A stretch of 64,000 bases of DNA from a virus: positions 19,152-83,151 of the IMG/VR virus record IMGVR_UViG_3300035698_034576. The stretch is one strand, 5' to 3'. Positions 45,150 to 54,720 of this stretch are shown here, piece after piece (within the stretch, counting starts at the first letter, position 1; each line of letters begins with the position of its first letter). The notes beneath the pieces were generated by a model. The model saw only the letters and a program-made list of their open reading frames with translations, was not told the origin of the DNA and searched no databases. Position numbers and translations under genes: made by a program.

Positions 45150-46063
45150 ATAAAATGGGGAGGAGCTCAAGGGGGAAAAGCTTCAGAAGAACAAAAGAAA
45201 GCAAACTCAGAGAGACAACTCAACTGGTCCCCAGAGTTCAAAGCAGCAAAGGTGAAAAAGGAGAAAGAGACAAAAGCTAACAAATCTCAGGCTGAAAAAG
45301 ATGATGAAAGCAGAAGAAGGAGTGAAATCAGAAAAAAGAGAATAACAAAGAAATCTACAATAGAAAAAGTAAAGCAGACTTGGAAAGATAAGCCAATAGA
45401 AACAATTCAAGATGAAAAGAGAAGATCTGTAGAAACAAGAGGTAATTGGAGTGAGAAAAAAAAGAGAGAATATTCAAATAAGCTAAGTAATGGAGCAAAT
45501 ATTTCCAACAAAAAGAGAGCAATATGTCAATTTTGCGGAAAAGAAACTCCATTCTCAATTAGAAATCGTGATCACGGCGACAATTGCAAGCTTAATCCAA
45601 ATAAAACCTGGTTTCCTTGTCCTATTTGTAAGAGCAAAAAGTGGGGAAGAGAGCTAGATCAATTGCTCCATATTAACAAATACCATCCTGAATTAGTAGA
45701 GTCTGGAGACTTTCCTTATAAAAAGTTTCCCTCTAAAAAAGAGTTATTAGAAAGAGCTAAGAACCGGAGGCAAACTATACTTGCTAAACCAGAAGAGGAG
45801 CGTTTAGCATCAAAAGAAAAGTTCACTTCAACAATGGCAAATAAGTCCAAAGAAGAAAAGCAAAGAACAAAAGAAAAATTCATTAATTCGCTAGAATTAA
45901 GGGCTCAGCATGAAAGAGAGTTAACATACAGGAAGAGAAGTAAGTCAGTTAAGGAGAGTTGGGCAAAAAAAAGAGAAGTTGGGTAAGTTTTCACAGCATT
46001 CTTTTTTTTAGTATATTCATTCAATACAAGAAATATTTATATTTTTAACTAAAAATAAGTAAA

Positions 46064-46552
46064 ATGGCAAAAATTAAAGTGCATACACCGGCAAAACATA
46101 GGTGGGGCAAATCCTTAAACACTCAAATTGGAGAAGTTAATTTTGACAAAGAGGGTTTTGCTGAAATTGACTCAGAGAGTATAGGCTCCTTTGATTTATC
46201 CTCTATAAGGATAGATAAAGTAAGTCCTTCAAAAAAAGAGCTTGTATCCAATAGCAAGGAAGAAAATAAGTTAGAAGAAAAAAAGCCTGTAACTAGCCCT
46301 AAACCTTCAGAATTGATTATAGATGAAAAGGATATTCCGGTAAAGACTGGTAAAGCTGAAAAAGAAGACAGCTCCATTACAGAGAAAAAAACTGAAAACT
46401 CTAAGAAAGATATAGAGATTTTAGAAAAAGATTTGTTAAAAATGAAACTTAGGGATCTTCACAATATTGCTAAGGAATTAAAATTGCCTGAAGCAGAATG
46501 GAGGAGCCTTAAAATTAAAGAGTTATCATCTTATTTAGCTCCAAAAATATAA
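46064..46552 (+). CDS. Hypothetical protein in the head-neck region
   Basis: Position; C-terminal short helical motif. Confidence 0.55.
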   Translation: MAKIKVHTPAKHRWGKSLNTQIGEVNFDKEGFAEIDSESIGSFDLSSIRIDKVSPSKKELVSNSKEENKLEEKKPVTSPKPSELIIDEKDIPVKTGKAEKEDSSITEKKTENSKKDIEILEKDLLKMKLRDLHNIAKELKLPEAEWRSLKIKELSSYLAPKI

Positions 46553-46577
46553 GTACTAACCTACAATACAGTTAATA

Positions 46578-47387
46578 ATGGGAGCAATTACTCTTGATCT
46601 GCGATTAAGCTTTGAGGTAACAGAGTCAATAATATCTCAAGAAGAATTAATGATTCATTTTATGTTTGGTATTGATATAGAGGATAGGTCTGGGGGGAAA
46701 TTACCTCCAGAAACTTATGATTTTTATATCCAAGCAGCTCAAGAGGAAGTGGAAAAGTATTTTTCTGTTAAATTCTTGCCTCAAATAATAGCTGAAAATG
46801 AGGATTTCAACAGGGATGATTATATGGATTGGGGCTTTATGAAAACAACCTACCCTATAAAAAAAGCCCACTCTCTTCAAGCCTATATTAATGATGTAAA
46901 GCAAATTGACTATCCAAGTGAATGGTTATCTGTAAGCAAGACAAACGACCCCACAGCTATAGCTTGGAGACAACTTTCAATAGTTCCGGTATCAGTTAAA
47001 AGCCCTCAAACAAGCGCTGTTTACAGTGGGGTTGTTCCTTTAGCAGGATGGATGGGATTAAGAAGTATTCCTAATTATTGGAAGATTGTTTACACTACTG
47101 GCTTTGGGGGTAATCAAACAGGCATTGTGATTCCGACTGATTTAAAGAAAGTTATTGGAATGCTAGCAGCAATGGGAATATGGGATATTGGTGGTAACTT
47201 AGTTTTGGGGGCTGGTATTGCAAATATGAGCCTCAGTCTTGATGGCTTAAGCCAATCTATAGGAACGACTAGTTCTGCTGAAAATCACGCGTACAGTGCT
47301 TCCATTAAGTCCTACCAAAGTCAATTAAAAGAAGCTATGCCTAGATTAATGGACATTTATTTTGGGATTAGATTTGGAACATTATAA
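46578..47387 (+). CDS. Neck / head-tail adaptor
   Basis: Synteny; GAGIANMSLSLDGLSQSIGTT. Confidence 0.65.
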   Translation: MGAITLDLRLSFEVTESIISQEELMIHFMFGIDIEDRSGGKLPPETYDFYIQAAQEEVEKYFSVKFLPQIIAENEDFNRDDYMDWGFMKTTYPIKKAHSLQAYINDVKQIDYPSEWLSVSKTNDPTAIAWRQLSIVPVSVKSPQTSAVYSGVVPLAGWMGLRSIPNYWKIVYTTGFGGNQTGIVIPTDLKKVIGMLAAMGIWDIGGNLVLGAGIANMSLSLDGLSQSIGTTSSAENHAYSASIKSYQSQLKEAMPRLMDIYFGIRFGTL

Positions 47388-48154
47388 TGAAAACACAATC
47401 TTCACCAGACATTAGTCAAACTCCAAGAGTTGACCTTTGGAAAAAGGGATATGATGCTCTTGTGTGGAACAAAGGTTTACACGTTGTTCATGAAAAAGCT
47501 ATAAAATGCCCTTGTAAAGAGCCTGGGGGAAGTCCAAAAAACAACTGTAAAAACTGCAGAGGTTTAGGGTGGATATTCCTTGACGCTACAGAAACAAGGA
47601 TGGTCATTACTTCCATGAACAGAAATACAAAGATTAAATCATGGTCAATAGAGTTGTTGGGAACAGCTTCTGTGACAGCACTATCTGAAAATAAATTATC
47701 TTTTATGGACAGGTTGACAATTACAAATGCTGAAACAATATATCAAGAAGTACTGTTTCCTGTTCAACCAGATGAAGCCCAAGCTATACCTCATGAAACA
47801 GATGTAGTAGCATTTACAACCTACATTCCAAAATCAATTGAGTATATTGCTGTTTTCCAGGCTGTTGGAAACTCTCTTTTAAAGATTCCCGTACAAGACT
47901 ATTCCATTGGAAATGGTTTTATTTGGTTTAAAGAAGAGTACGCAGCAGCACATATTACCGTTAGATATACCTGTAGTCCTCAATATCATATTCTTGATTT
48001 AACAAGGGAATTGTTGCAATCACAGGTTATTGACCCTGTATCTGGACAAGAGGGGTTAGAAAACTTCCCTGTTCATGCAATAGCAAAAAGGTCTCAATAT
48101 GTTTTTGATGCTGAGAATTTAACTGGAACAATTCAACTTTCTAATGGATATTAA
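47387..48154 (+). CDS. Head closure / neck protein
   Basis: KCPC...CKNCRGLGW motif, as in Twort-like neck proteins. Confidence 0.65.
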   Translation: MKTQSSPDISQTPRVDLWKKGYDALVWNKGLHVVHEKAIKCPCKEPGGSPKNNCKNCRGLGWIFLDATETRMVITSMNRNTKIKSWSIELLGTASVTALSENKLSFMDRLTITNAETIYQEVLFPVQPDEAQAIPHETDVVAFTTYIPKSIEYIAVFQAVGNSLLKIPVQDYSIGNGFIWFKEEYAAAHITVRYTCSPQYHILDLTRELLQSQVIDPVSGQEGLENFPVHAIAKRSQYVFDAENLTGTIQLSNGY

Positions 48155-48956
48155 AATTGATACAAGCGATATAGCGAAAACGTTCGATCTAATTGAAGCT
48201 CAAACTCTTCAACTTTCTGATGATATTGTTAAGGCTATTGCTATCAGTTTACATGAAGAGTGGGAAAGTCTTGCAAAAAAAAGATTAGGAGCGACAAGGC
48301 AAGAGTATGTAGATTCATTAGTAGTTGGGGATGATGGTTTTCTTACATCAAAAGTAACTCTTGTGGGGGATCTTCCTAATTCTATTGAACAGGGAGGACC
48401 TCCTTTCGATATGAAGCCTGGTTTTGAAGACTCTGATAAAAAGAAGTTTAAAAAACCATCAAAGAAAAATCCTAATGGAGGATGGTTCTTGACCATTCCA
48501 TTTAGGCACGCTGTGCCAGGATCAGTAGGGGAGAGCAGTCTTTTTTCAAGTGTAATGCCATCAGCTATTCATAGAGAAATGAAGAGAGCTAGCGATGAAA
48601 AGTTCCACTCAATCATAAATGAGACGTCGATTTCAATAAAAGAAAAAAGTCTTCCTACTGAATTTCAAACAAAAGGAGTTAGGAAAGAAATAGTCAATAA
48701 AGAGACTAATGAAGTCTTTAAAGCGTATGCTCACAAATCAGCTCAATATGCTGGACTAACAAGAATAAGCAAAAGATATGAAGGAGCGAATCAATCGACA
48801 TATATGACCTTCAGAAGAGTGTCAGATACTTCTGATCCAGATTCTTGGATACATCCAGGATTCAAAGCGATGAAGTTGGGTGACGCTGCTCTTGCCTCTA
48901 TGGATATTTCTAGTACAATTGCAAAGACAAAGGATGAATTCCTAGATAATTTATAA
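48144..48956 (+). CDS. Neck / tail completion protein
   Basis: GWFLTIPFRH and YMTFRRVSDTSDPDSWIHPG. Confidence 0.6.
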   Translation: MDIKIDTSDIAKTFDLIEAQTLQLSDDIVKAIAISLHEEWESLAKKRLGATRQEYVDSLVVGDDGFLTSKVTLVGDLPNSIEQGGPPFDMKPGFEDSDKKKFKKPSKKNPNGGWFLTIPFRHAVPGSVGESSLFSSVMPSAIHREMKRASDEKFHSIINETSISIKEKSLPTEFQTKGVRKEIVNKETNEVFKAYAHKSAQYAGLTRISKRYEGANQSTYMTFRRVSDTSDPDSWIHPGFKAMKLGDAALASMDISSTIAKTKDEFLDNL

Positions 48957-48966
48957 ATAAAGAAAG

Positions 48967-49665
48967 ATGGCAAACATAATTCCGGAATTAAAGTTGTATG
49001 ATTATCTTGAAAAGATAACATCATTTATGGTAGCAGATTTAGGATCTGCAACTTCAGATAGCAACACTGTGCTTTACAGCATATTAAAAGGAAATGTTTA
49101 CAAAGGAGATACTTATTTCAATATAGCAAAAGAGTTGTTTTTAAGAAGTAACACAAGAAAAGATAAACTCAATCTTCAACTGTATTTTCATCTTGAACCA
49201 ACAAAACTTCCTTCTATCTCATTGTCTGTGCCAAGTGAAAGCGCTAGTAAGGAAACAGATACAATAGGATTAGATGGTGGAGAGTCTCATTTATCTGTTG
49301 GAGACAATAACCTTATTTCAAATAACAGAAATTTTAGTGCATCTATTAATATTATTGTTGCATCAAAAAATGCTATGGAGCAAGCTATCTTGGCCTATGT
49401 TTACAAAGCTCTTTTGATAGCAATTCTTCCAATCTTAGATTTCTCAGGATTCAGAAACCCATCAATAGGAACTCAAGAGGTCCAAATTGATCCTTCTCTG
49501 ATAGGAAGTAATATGTATGTTAGAATGATTACCCTATCTTTTTATTATGAAATGAACATCCCATCAACAATATCAAGGAAGATTATCAGCACTATTGATT
49601 TTTCTGGATTTCCTGTGAGTGATTTTGCAAAAGTAAATTTAGAAGAAGAAAACCTTAATTTATAA
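48967..49665 (+). CDS. Putative tail terminator
   Basis: Synteny before the sheath. Confidence 0.5.
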   Translation: MANIIPELKLYDYLEKITSFMVADLGSATSDSNTVLYSILKGNVYKGDTYFNIAKELFLRSNTRKDKLNLQLYFHLEPTKLPSISLSVPSESASKETDTIGLDGGESHLSVGDNNLISNNRNFSASINIIVASKNAMEQAILAYVYKALLIAILPILDFSGFRNPSIGTQEVQIDPSLIGSNMYVRMITLSFYYEMNIPSTISRKIISTIDFSGFPVSDFAKVNLEEENLNL

Positions 49666-49718
49666 GAATAAAATTCAGAATTGTTCTTTTTTTGTTATAT
49701 TTAATAAAAATAGTGTTT

Positions 49719-49877
49719 ATGATTGAAAAGACTAAAAAATACAACGTAAACGAAATCGTTAATTTTCTCTCCTTGCTTGAAAAAGATAAATTTTTTCTGA
49801 ATAGAAAATACAAGGGAGAGGAATATACCGAAAAAACGTGGAAGTCGAAATTAAAAAAAGATAAAATCCTAAAATAA
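49719..49877 (+). CDS. Small protein preceding the sheath
   Basis: ATG 49719 after the late-type motif at 49690. Confidence 0.45.
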   Translation: MIEKTKKYNVNEIVNFLSLLEKDKFFLNRKYKGEEYTEKTWKSKLKKDKILK

Positions 49878-49884
49878 AATAAAA

Positions 49885-51564
49885 ATGGCTACTTCATTTT
49901 GGTTCAATGGAAAAAAAATAGTTCTTCCTGGAGCATATTCTCAAATTAAATCAGGAATAAAAAACCCACTTCGGGACTTAGATTACAGTAGAATTTTACT
50001 CATAGATACTGGAGTCGATTCTACTCGATCTAATTCTTTTGGAACAGGTCCTGGAATAAATGGAACACTGGAAAATGGGTCTGGTCCTGTTCAAGAGTTT
50101 GACAACATACTTGATTTTAGAAATGCTGTAGGCGGAGGAATGTTTTGGGCTGCAGCAAAATTTCTATTTCAACCAAAGGGAATTGGAGTGCCAGGAATAA
50201 GTAAATTATATTATGTGAAAGCGGCAACAACAATTCCTGGAGAAATGTCCTTTTCCCCAACAGGAGGAGGTTCTGCTGGAGGAGCAGTTGTCCTCCAAAT
50301 AAGGAATGAAGGAGTTGTTGGCAATGGGGTTTTGGAAGGAAGTGAACTAGCAAAAGGATATGCCTTTAAGATGAGAGCTGGAAAAGTTTCTGGTAAATTT
50401 GTTTTAGATTTTTACAGAGGCACTTACAGAGGGGACAATGGCTCTTCTGGAGATGGAATTGCTTGGGATGGAATTGAAATATCAGCAACTAAGCCAAATC
50501 TACTTATTTCTACTCCTGAGTTCAGTACTCTTGGAGAAGTAGAGACCTGGGTGAAAACAAATTCAAGCTTTCAAAGCCTCTTTAATGTAAAAACATTTAC
50601 GGTTACTGGATTAGGAACTGTAACTTCTGCTGATGCAGTAACCTATTCGGATTATACCTTAGCTGTTGATGGAACTGATACTTATGGAACAGCGGATCTT
50701 GATAAGGTATTAGAGAAAGTGGCTGAATACGATTACACATTTGTTTTAACAGATATTTACGGAGCTGATGCTCACGAAAGCTTATCGCTGTCAACAATTC
50801 TCTATCATTTAGGTACCTCTGCAAAGTATGAGAAATATTTGATAATTGGAGGTGGTAAGGATTCTTCAGAGTGGGATCAAGCAGCAGAATCATCATTTGC
50901 AATTGCTGCAGATAACGACACATCCAAAGTGGTTGTTGTTCATGGGGACTTCTTAAAGTCTATTAGAGTGACCTCTTCATCCGGGTCAAATGTGGTATTA
51001 AAGCAATATGAATCATTTTTCAAAGCTGCCAATGTTCTTGGTAGAATATTAGGAAACGAGCCTCAAGTTCCAGGCACATTTAAAACACTTGATATTGAAG
51101 GGGAGGTTCATGAGCTAACACAAGATGAAAGAGTTTCTGGGCTTGCCGCTGGAGTTCTTATGTCAGCATACGACATTGAGTTCGGGGATTTTACAATTGT
51201 CCAAGCAATCAATTCTCTTCAGAATAACGACTTCATGATAAATGAAGATGGACAGTCTTACGAAATTTCAATTGAAAGAATCAAGTCTCAATTAAATAAA
51301 GAACTTTCTGTTACAGCCAAACAAAGCTTATTGGGTCAGGAGAACGGAGTAAACAGAAACACCTTGAGTGAAGGAGATGTTAAAAACTTTACAGAAGGAT
51401 TTCTTCAGAGAAAAGTTGCTGACAAGACAAATGATAACCTTATTTTAGCTTATCAAAATGTCACGGTAACAACTGTGGAAGACTCTTACCAGATTCAATA
51501 TGATTTTGCACCAAACACGCCGATTAACAAACTCTTTTTTGTTGGCACGATGGTAAATATTTAA
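49885..51564 (+). CDS. Tail sheath protein
   Basis: FNGKKIVLPGAYS start; TFK, EISIERI and PINK motifs; 559 aa. Confidence 0.85.
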   Translation: MATSFWFNGKKIVLPGAYSQIKSGIKNPLRDLDYSRILLIDTGVDSTRSNSFGTGPGINGTLENGSGPVQEFDNILDFRNAVGGGMFWAAAKFLFQPKGIGVPGISKLYYVKAATTIPGEMSFSPTGGGSAGGAVVLQIRNEGVVGNGVLEGSELAKGYAFKMRAGKVSGKFVLDFYRGTYRGDNGSSGDGIAWDGIEISATKPNLLISTPEFSTLGEVETWVKTNSSFQSLFNVKTFTVTGLGTVTSADAVTYSDYTLAVDGTDTYGTADLDKVLEKVAEYDYTFVLTDIYGADAHESLSLSTILYHLGTSAKYEKYLIIGGGKDSSEWDQAAESSFAIAADNDTSKVVVVHGDFLKSIRVTSSSGSNVVLKQYESFFKAANVLGRILGNEPQVPGTFKTLDIEGEVHELTQDERVSGLAAGVLMSAYDIEFGDFTIVQAINSLQNNDFMINEDGQSYEISIERIKSQLNKELSVTAKQSLLGQENGVNRNTLSEGDVKNFTEGFLQRKVADKTNDNLILAYQNVTVTTVEDSYQIQYDFAPNTPINKLFFVGTMVNI

Positions 51565-51595
51565 GAAATAAAAAATAAGTATAAAATAAAAAGCT

Positions 51596-52063
51596 ATGTC
51601 AGAAAAATCATTAACAGCTGCGCTTGCAATCATTAAACACAATGGAGTAAGTATTGGTAAAATGAGAAACGTAAGAGTTCAGGAGACTTTTCAACGTGGT
51701 GATGTAAAGGGAATTGGCAGGATTAACTCCCAAGAAAAACCTATTATAGGTTGGTCAGGTACTCTATCCTGTGAATTCATCTTTGTTGACTTTGACGTTT
51801 CAACTATTCCCAATGTGCTAAACCGAAGAGTAAACTCTGTAACAGAGTTTGTAAATGCATTAATTTTAGCAGAAATTCCGGTACAAGTTAACTTGTATAA
51901 AAAGATTCCCGATCCAAGCGATCCTTTGGGAAATCTTGAAAAGCCTATTGCTTCTATAAACGACCTTCTGTTAGAATCAGATGGATTCTCTCTCAATGAA
52001 GGTCAAGTAGGGGGAAAATCCCAAACTTTCAGTTACTTAACACCAATCATGAATCCTTCGTAA
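51596..52063 (+). CDS. Tail tube protein
   Basis: Follows the sheath; IGKMRNVRVQE..VKGIG...FSYLTP. Confidence 0.8.
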   Translation: MSEKSLTAALAIIKHNGVSIGKMRNVRVQETFQRGDVKGIGRINSQEKPIIGWSGTLSCEFIFVDFDVSTIPNVLNRRVNSVTEFVNALILAEIPVQVNLYKKIPDPSDPLGNLEKPIASINDLLLESDGFSLNEGQVGGKSQTFSYLTPIMNPS

Positions 52064-52085
52064 ATTTTAAATAAAGTTAGCAAAA

Positions 52086-52466
52086 ATGAAAAAAGAAATA
52101 ACCGTTAAAATACAAGATCAGGACTATTTAATAAAGTTCCCTAATGCTGGACAACTTATAGAGATTGAGACAATGAAAGTTTCAGTCTCTAATGGGATGT
52201 ATAATGGGCTGGTAGCTTCAAGGACAAAAAGTGCGAACATTGCTTTGGATTTAATCGATTCAGTCTGTACATTTGTTGTCTTGATTCCTGAAATTAGAAA
52301 AAACATGAGATTTGATAACATTTTAGAAATAGACCCTATCGAAGCTCAGGAGTTAGTTGTTATTTATAAAAAGGTTTATTTTCCGTGGTTTGCTGAATGG
52401 CTGGAAGCAATGAAAGAGACTGAAGAAAAACTGAATAAATTATATTCAACTGATAAGGATGAATAA
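52086..52466 (+). CDS. Tail assembly chaperone
   Basis: Synteny between tube and tape measure. Confidence 0.6.
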   Translation: MKKEITVKIQDQDYLIKFPNAGQLIEIETMKVSVSNGMYNGLVASRTKSANIALDLIDSVCTFVVLIPEIRKNMRFDNILEIDPIEAQELVVIYKKVYFPWFAEWLEAMKETEEKLNKLYSTDKDE

Positions 52467-52822
52467 TGATCCGAAGACCGTTGGGTTTAAGTGCAAAAAA
52501 AGAAAATGTTTCAAAGAAAAGTGAGGATGTAAGGAAATTTATATCCAGTTGGAACAAAGAATTTCCATTGGACTTTTGGTGGAGACAGCAGCATAATACT
52601 TCTTTTAATTCTTCTCTTCATAGAGCCTCTAATTTAATTGACGTTCTCATTGAGGTAGAAGAATTTCTTTTATTAAATTCCTCTATTGAATCAAGGAAAA
52701 AGAAGAACAAAGATACCTCTGAAACAATTCTTGCTGGAAGATGGTTGAAAAAAGAGCCAATTAAAAAAGATGAGGGGAGAGATGATTTAAACTTTGACAA
52801 TATAGACATAAGCAAATTCTGA
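52466..52822 (+). CDS. Tail assembly chaperone 2
   Basis: Synteny; FWWR motif; TAATG coupling. Confidence 0.5.
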   Translation: MIRRPLGLSAKKENVSKKSEDVRKFISSWNKEFPLDFWWRQQHNTSFNSSLHRASNLIDVLIEVEEFLLLNSSIESRKKKNKDTSETILAGRWLKKEPIKKDEGRDDLNFDNIDISKF

Positions 52823-54720
52823 TGGAAACTACAATAAGCTTTAGAGCAGATGCTGGAGATGTAAAAAGAGAGCTTCAAGAGATAGGAAGCATTTCCATCA
52901 ATGATGAGAGAAGACAAATTGAAGTAGCAAAAGAGCGCCTTGCTATTGAAAAAGAGCTACAAAAAGAAAGACTTTCCCCAATGGTTGATTCTGCACAAGG
53001 GCATAGGGCCGCAGAATCACTGAGCTCAACAATTCAAAAAGGAAGAGAACACACATCAGACCCCAAAGACTTTCTTAACTTTATAAGAGAAGAGCAAAGA
53101 GAAAAAGAGGGAAGAATATCAATGGACAGAATCTCTGCTGATGAACAAGCAAAGATTCAAAGAGACTTGTCAAGACAAGAGCTAGGTGGAGCTAATATTT
53201 CAAAAACTGACGAAGCAAGAATAGAGGGTAGCTATAAAGAAGACTTGTTAGGAAACAAAGAACAAGAGAGATTATCAAGAGAAAACCTAGTTATTCAAAG
53301 AGCTCAGTTAGATGCACTGTTGAAAATGGGAAGAGAGTCCGCTAGCACTCCAGAAGGACAGGCTAAACTAAGGGAATCGGACTACAAAGAAGGCGACTTG
53401 GGGGAAGGAGTAAGTACCGCAGCGGGACAGGCTCGACTAAAAAGTCCTCCTAGCGGAGGAGGAGGGGGGATGCTCGGAATGGCAGGAAAGCTTCTAGGAC
53501 CCGCTGCTATTGGAGCTGCAGCTTGGAGCCTTTTCAACAAAGCCTGGGGAGCCTCTATAAGCGCAACATCTGGAGAGGATTATGATAATAAGATGAAGTC
53601 TTGGGTTCCTTTTGTTGGGGGAAATTGGGCAGCAGAAGATGAAAAAGCTCTTGGATTAAAAAGGGAACTACAAGATGCAAGGGCTGATGTTTACGGTTTA
53701 ACAGGAGAGGGCTATGGTCTAAAGGGATGGGGGTCAAAGTACGGCAAAACATCAATAGAACTCGCTAAAGACTATCGTTCACTAGCCGAGGAAACAAATG
53801 ATCCAAACCTTACTTATTTTCAAGATGTAGTAGCAACAGAGAGGGCTTTTGGTTTTTCAGGGCAGGCTAAAACAATGGCTGGTTTTCAAAAGGCAGATGA
53901 ATCTTCTGTTGGGAACACCTTTGGCCTTCTGTCCCAAGCAGTTAATTCTGGAAGGATAAATAAGGTTCAATCAAGTGACATTGCAGACGCAGTAAATAAT
54001 CTTACAAAAAGTCAACTAGGAGTTCTTTCAACGGTGGACACTGGAACAAACATGAAGACAGCACTAGCACTATCTGGAGTCGGTGGTGGATTTAGTGATG
54101 ATAGACTTGAAGACCTTATGGGAAAGATGAATCAAAGCCTATCTAACCCAAGCACAGATTTTCAAAAAGCTGTCAATTACAGCTTATTATCCTCACTTCC
54201 AGGAATGGAGGGAGCCGACTGGATAGACCTACAAATAGCTCAAGAAAAAGGAATAAGCCAAAAAGGAATGATGAAGGCCACAATGGATGAGGCCATTACT
54301 AGAGGAGGTGGAAGCTCAACTGCAGCTATAACAAACATCCAAAATAGATTAGGGTTATCTGCATCAGCTGCTAAGACTTTGTACACCGGTTATCAAAACG
54401 ATCCGGCAATGTTCGATTTCATAGACGGATCAATGACAGAAGAAGAATTGGAAAAAACCGAGCAATGGCGAAGGGCAACAGGGGAAAAGGCTACTGGAGC
54501 CCTTTCAAAAGAATCTTCTTATATTAAAGAGGGATGGACTATTTCCAAAGAAGAAGGAGAGAGACGAGCTAAGGAGAATTCAGAAACAGCTGCTAACGTT
54601 AAGAAGATTACTGAATTTCTTGTAAAAACATTCGTACTGCCGCCACCACCACCAATTCGTGATGAAGATGGAGGAATTAATTGGGTTAACGCTATAGGGG
54701 GAATGAGGAGCGTAAGATAA
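52822..54720 (+). CDS. Tape measure protein
   Basis: Helical, Gly/Ala-rich, with a hydrophobic segment; synteny. Confidence 0.65.
   Translation: METTISFRADAGDVKRELQEIGSISINDERRQIEVAKERLAIEKELQKERLSPMVDSAQGHRAAESLSSTIQKGREHTSDPKDFLNFIREEQREKEGRISMDRISADEQAKIQRDLSRQELGGANISKTDEARIEGSYKEDLLGNKEQERLSRENLVIQRAQLDALLKMGRESASTPEGQAKLRESDYKEGDLGEGVSTAAGQARLKSPPSGGGGGMLGMAGKLLGPAAIGAAAWSLFNKAWGASISATSGEDYDNKMKSWVPFVGGNWAAEDEKALGLKRELQDARADVYGLTGEGYGLKGWGSKYGKTSIELAKDYRSLAEETNDPNLTYFQDVVATERAFGFSGQAKTMAGFQKADESSVGNTFGLLSQAVNSGRINKVQSSDIADAVNNLTKSQLGVLSTVDTGTNMKTALALSGVGGGFSDDRLEDLMGKMNQSLSNPSTDFQKAVNYSLLSSLPGMEGADWIDLQIAQEKGISQKGMMKATMDEAITRGGGSSTAAITNIQNRLGLSASAAKTLYTGYQNDPAMFDFIDGSMTEEELEKTEQWRRATGEKATGALSKESSYIKEGWTISKEEGERRAKENSETAANVKKITEFLVKTFVLPPPPPIRDEDGGINWVNAIGGMRSVR

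Larger units (their letters stand above)
43619..45986 (+). pseudogene. GIY-YIG homing endonuclease interrupted by an IS
   Basis: GYIYLTTN..GKRYVGQ..YFGSG..RENYW; removing 43838-45149 joins YW to IKWGGAQGG in frame. Confidence 0.85.

Noticed and set aside
52086-52822. Programmed frameshift between tail chaperones
   Set aside because: No convincing slippery site before the stop; the ORFs are coupled by TAATG.
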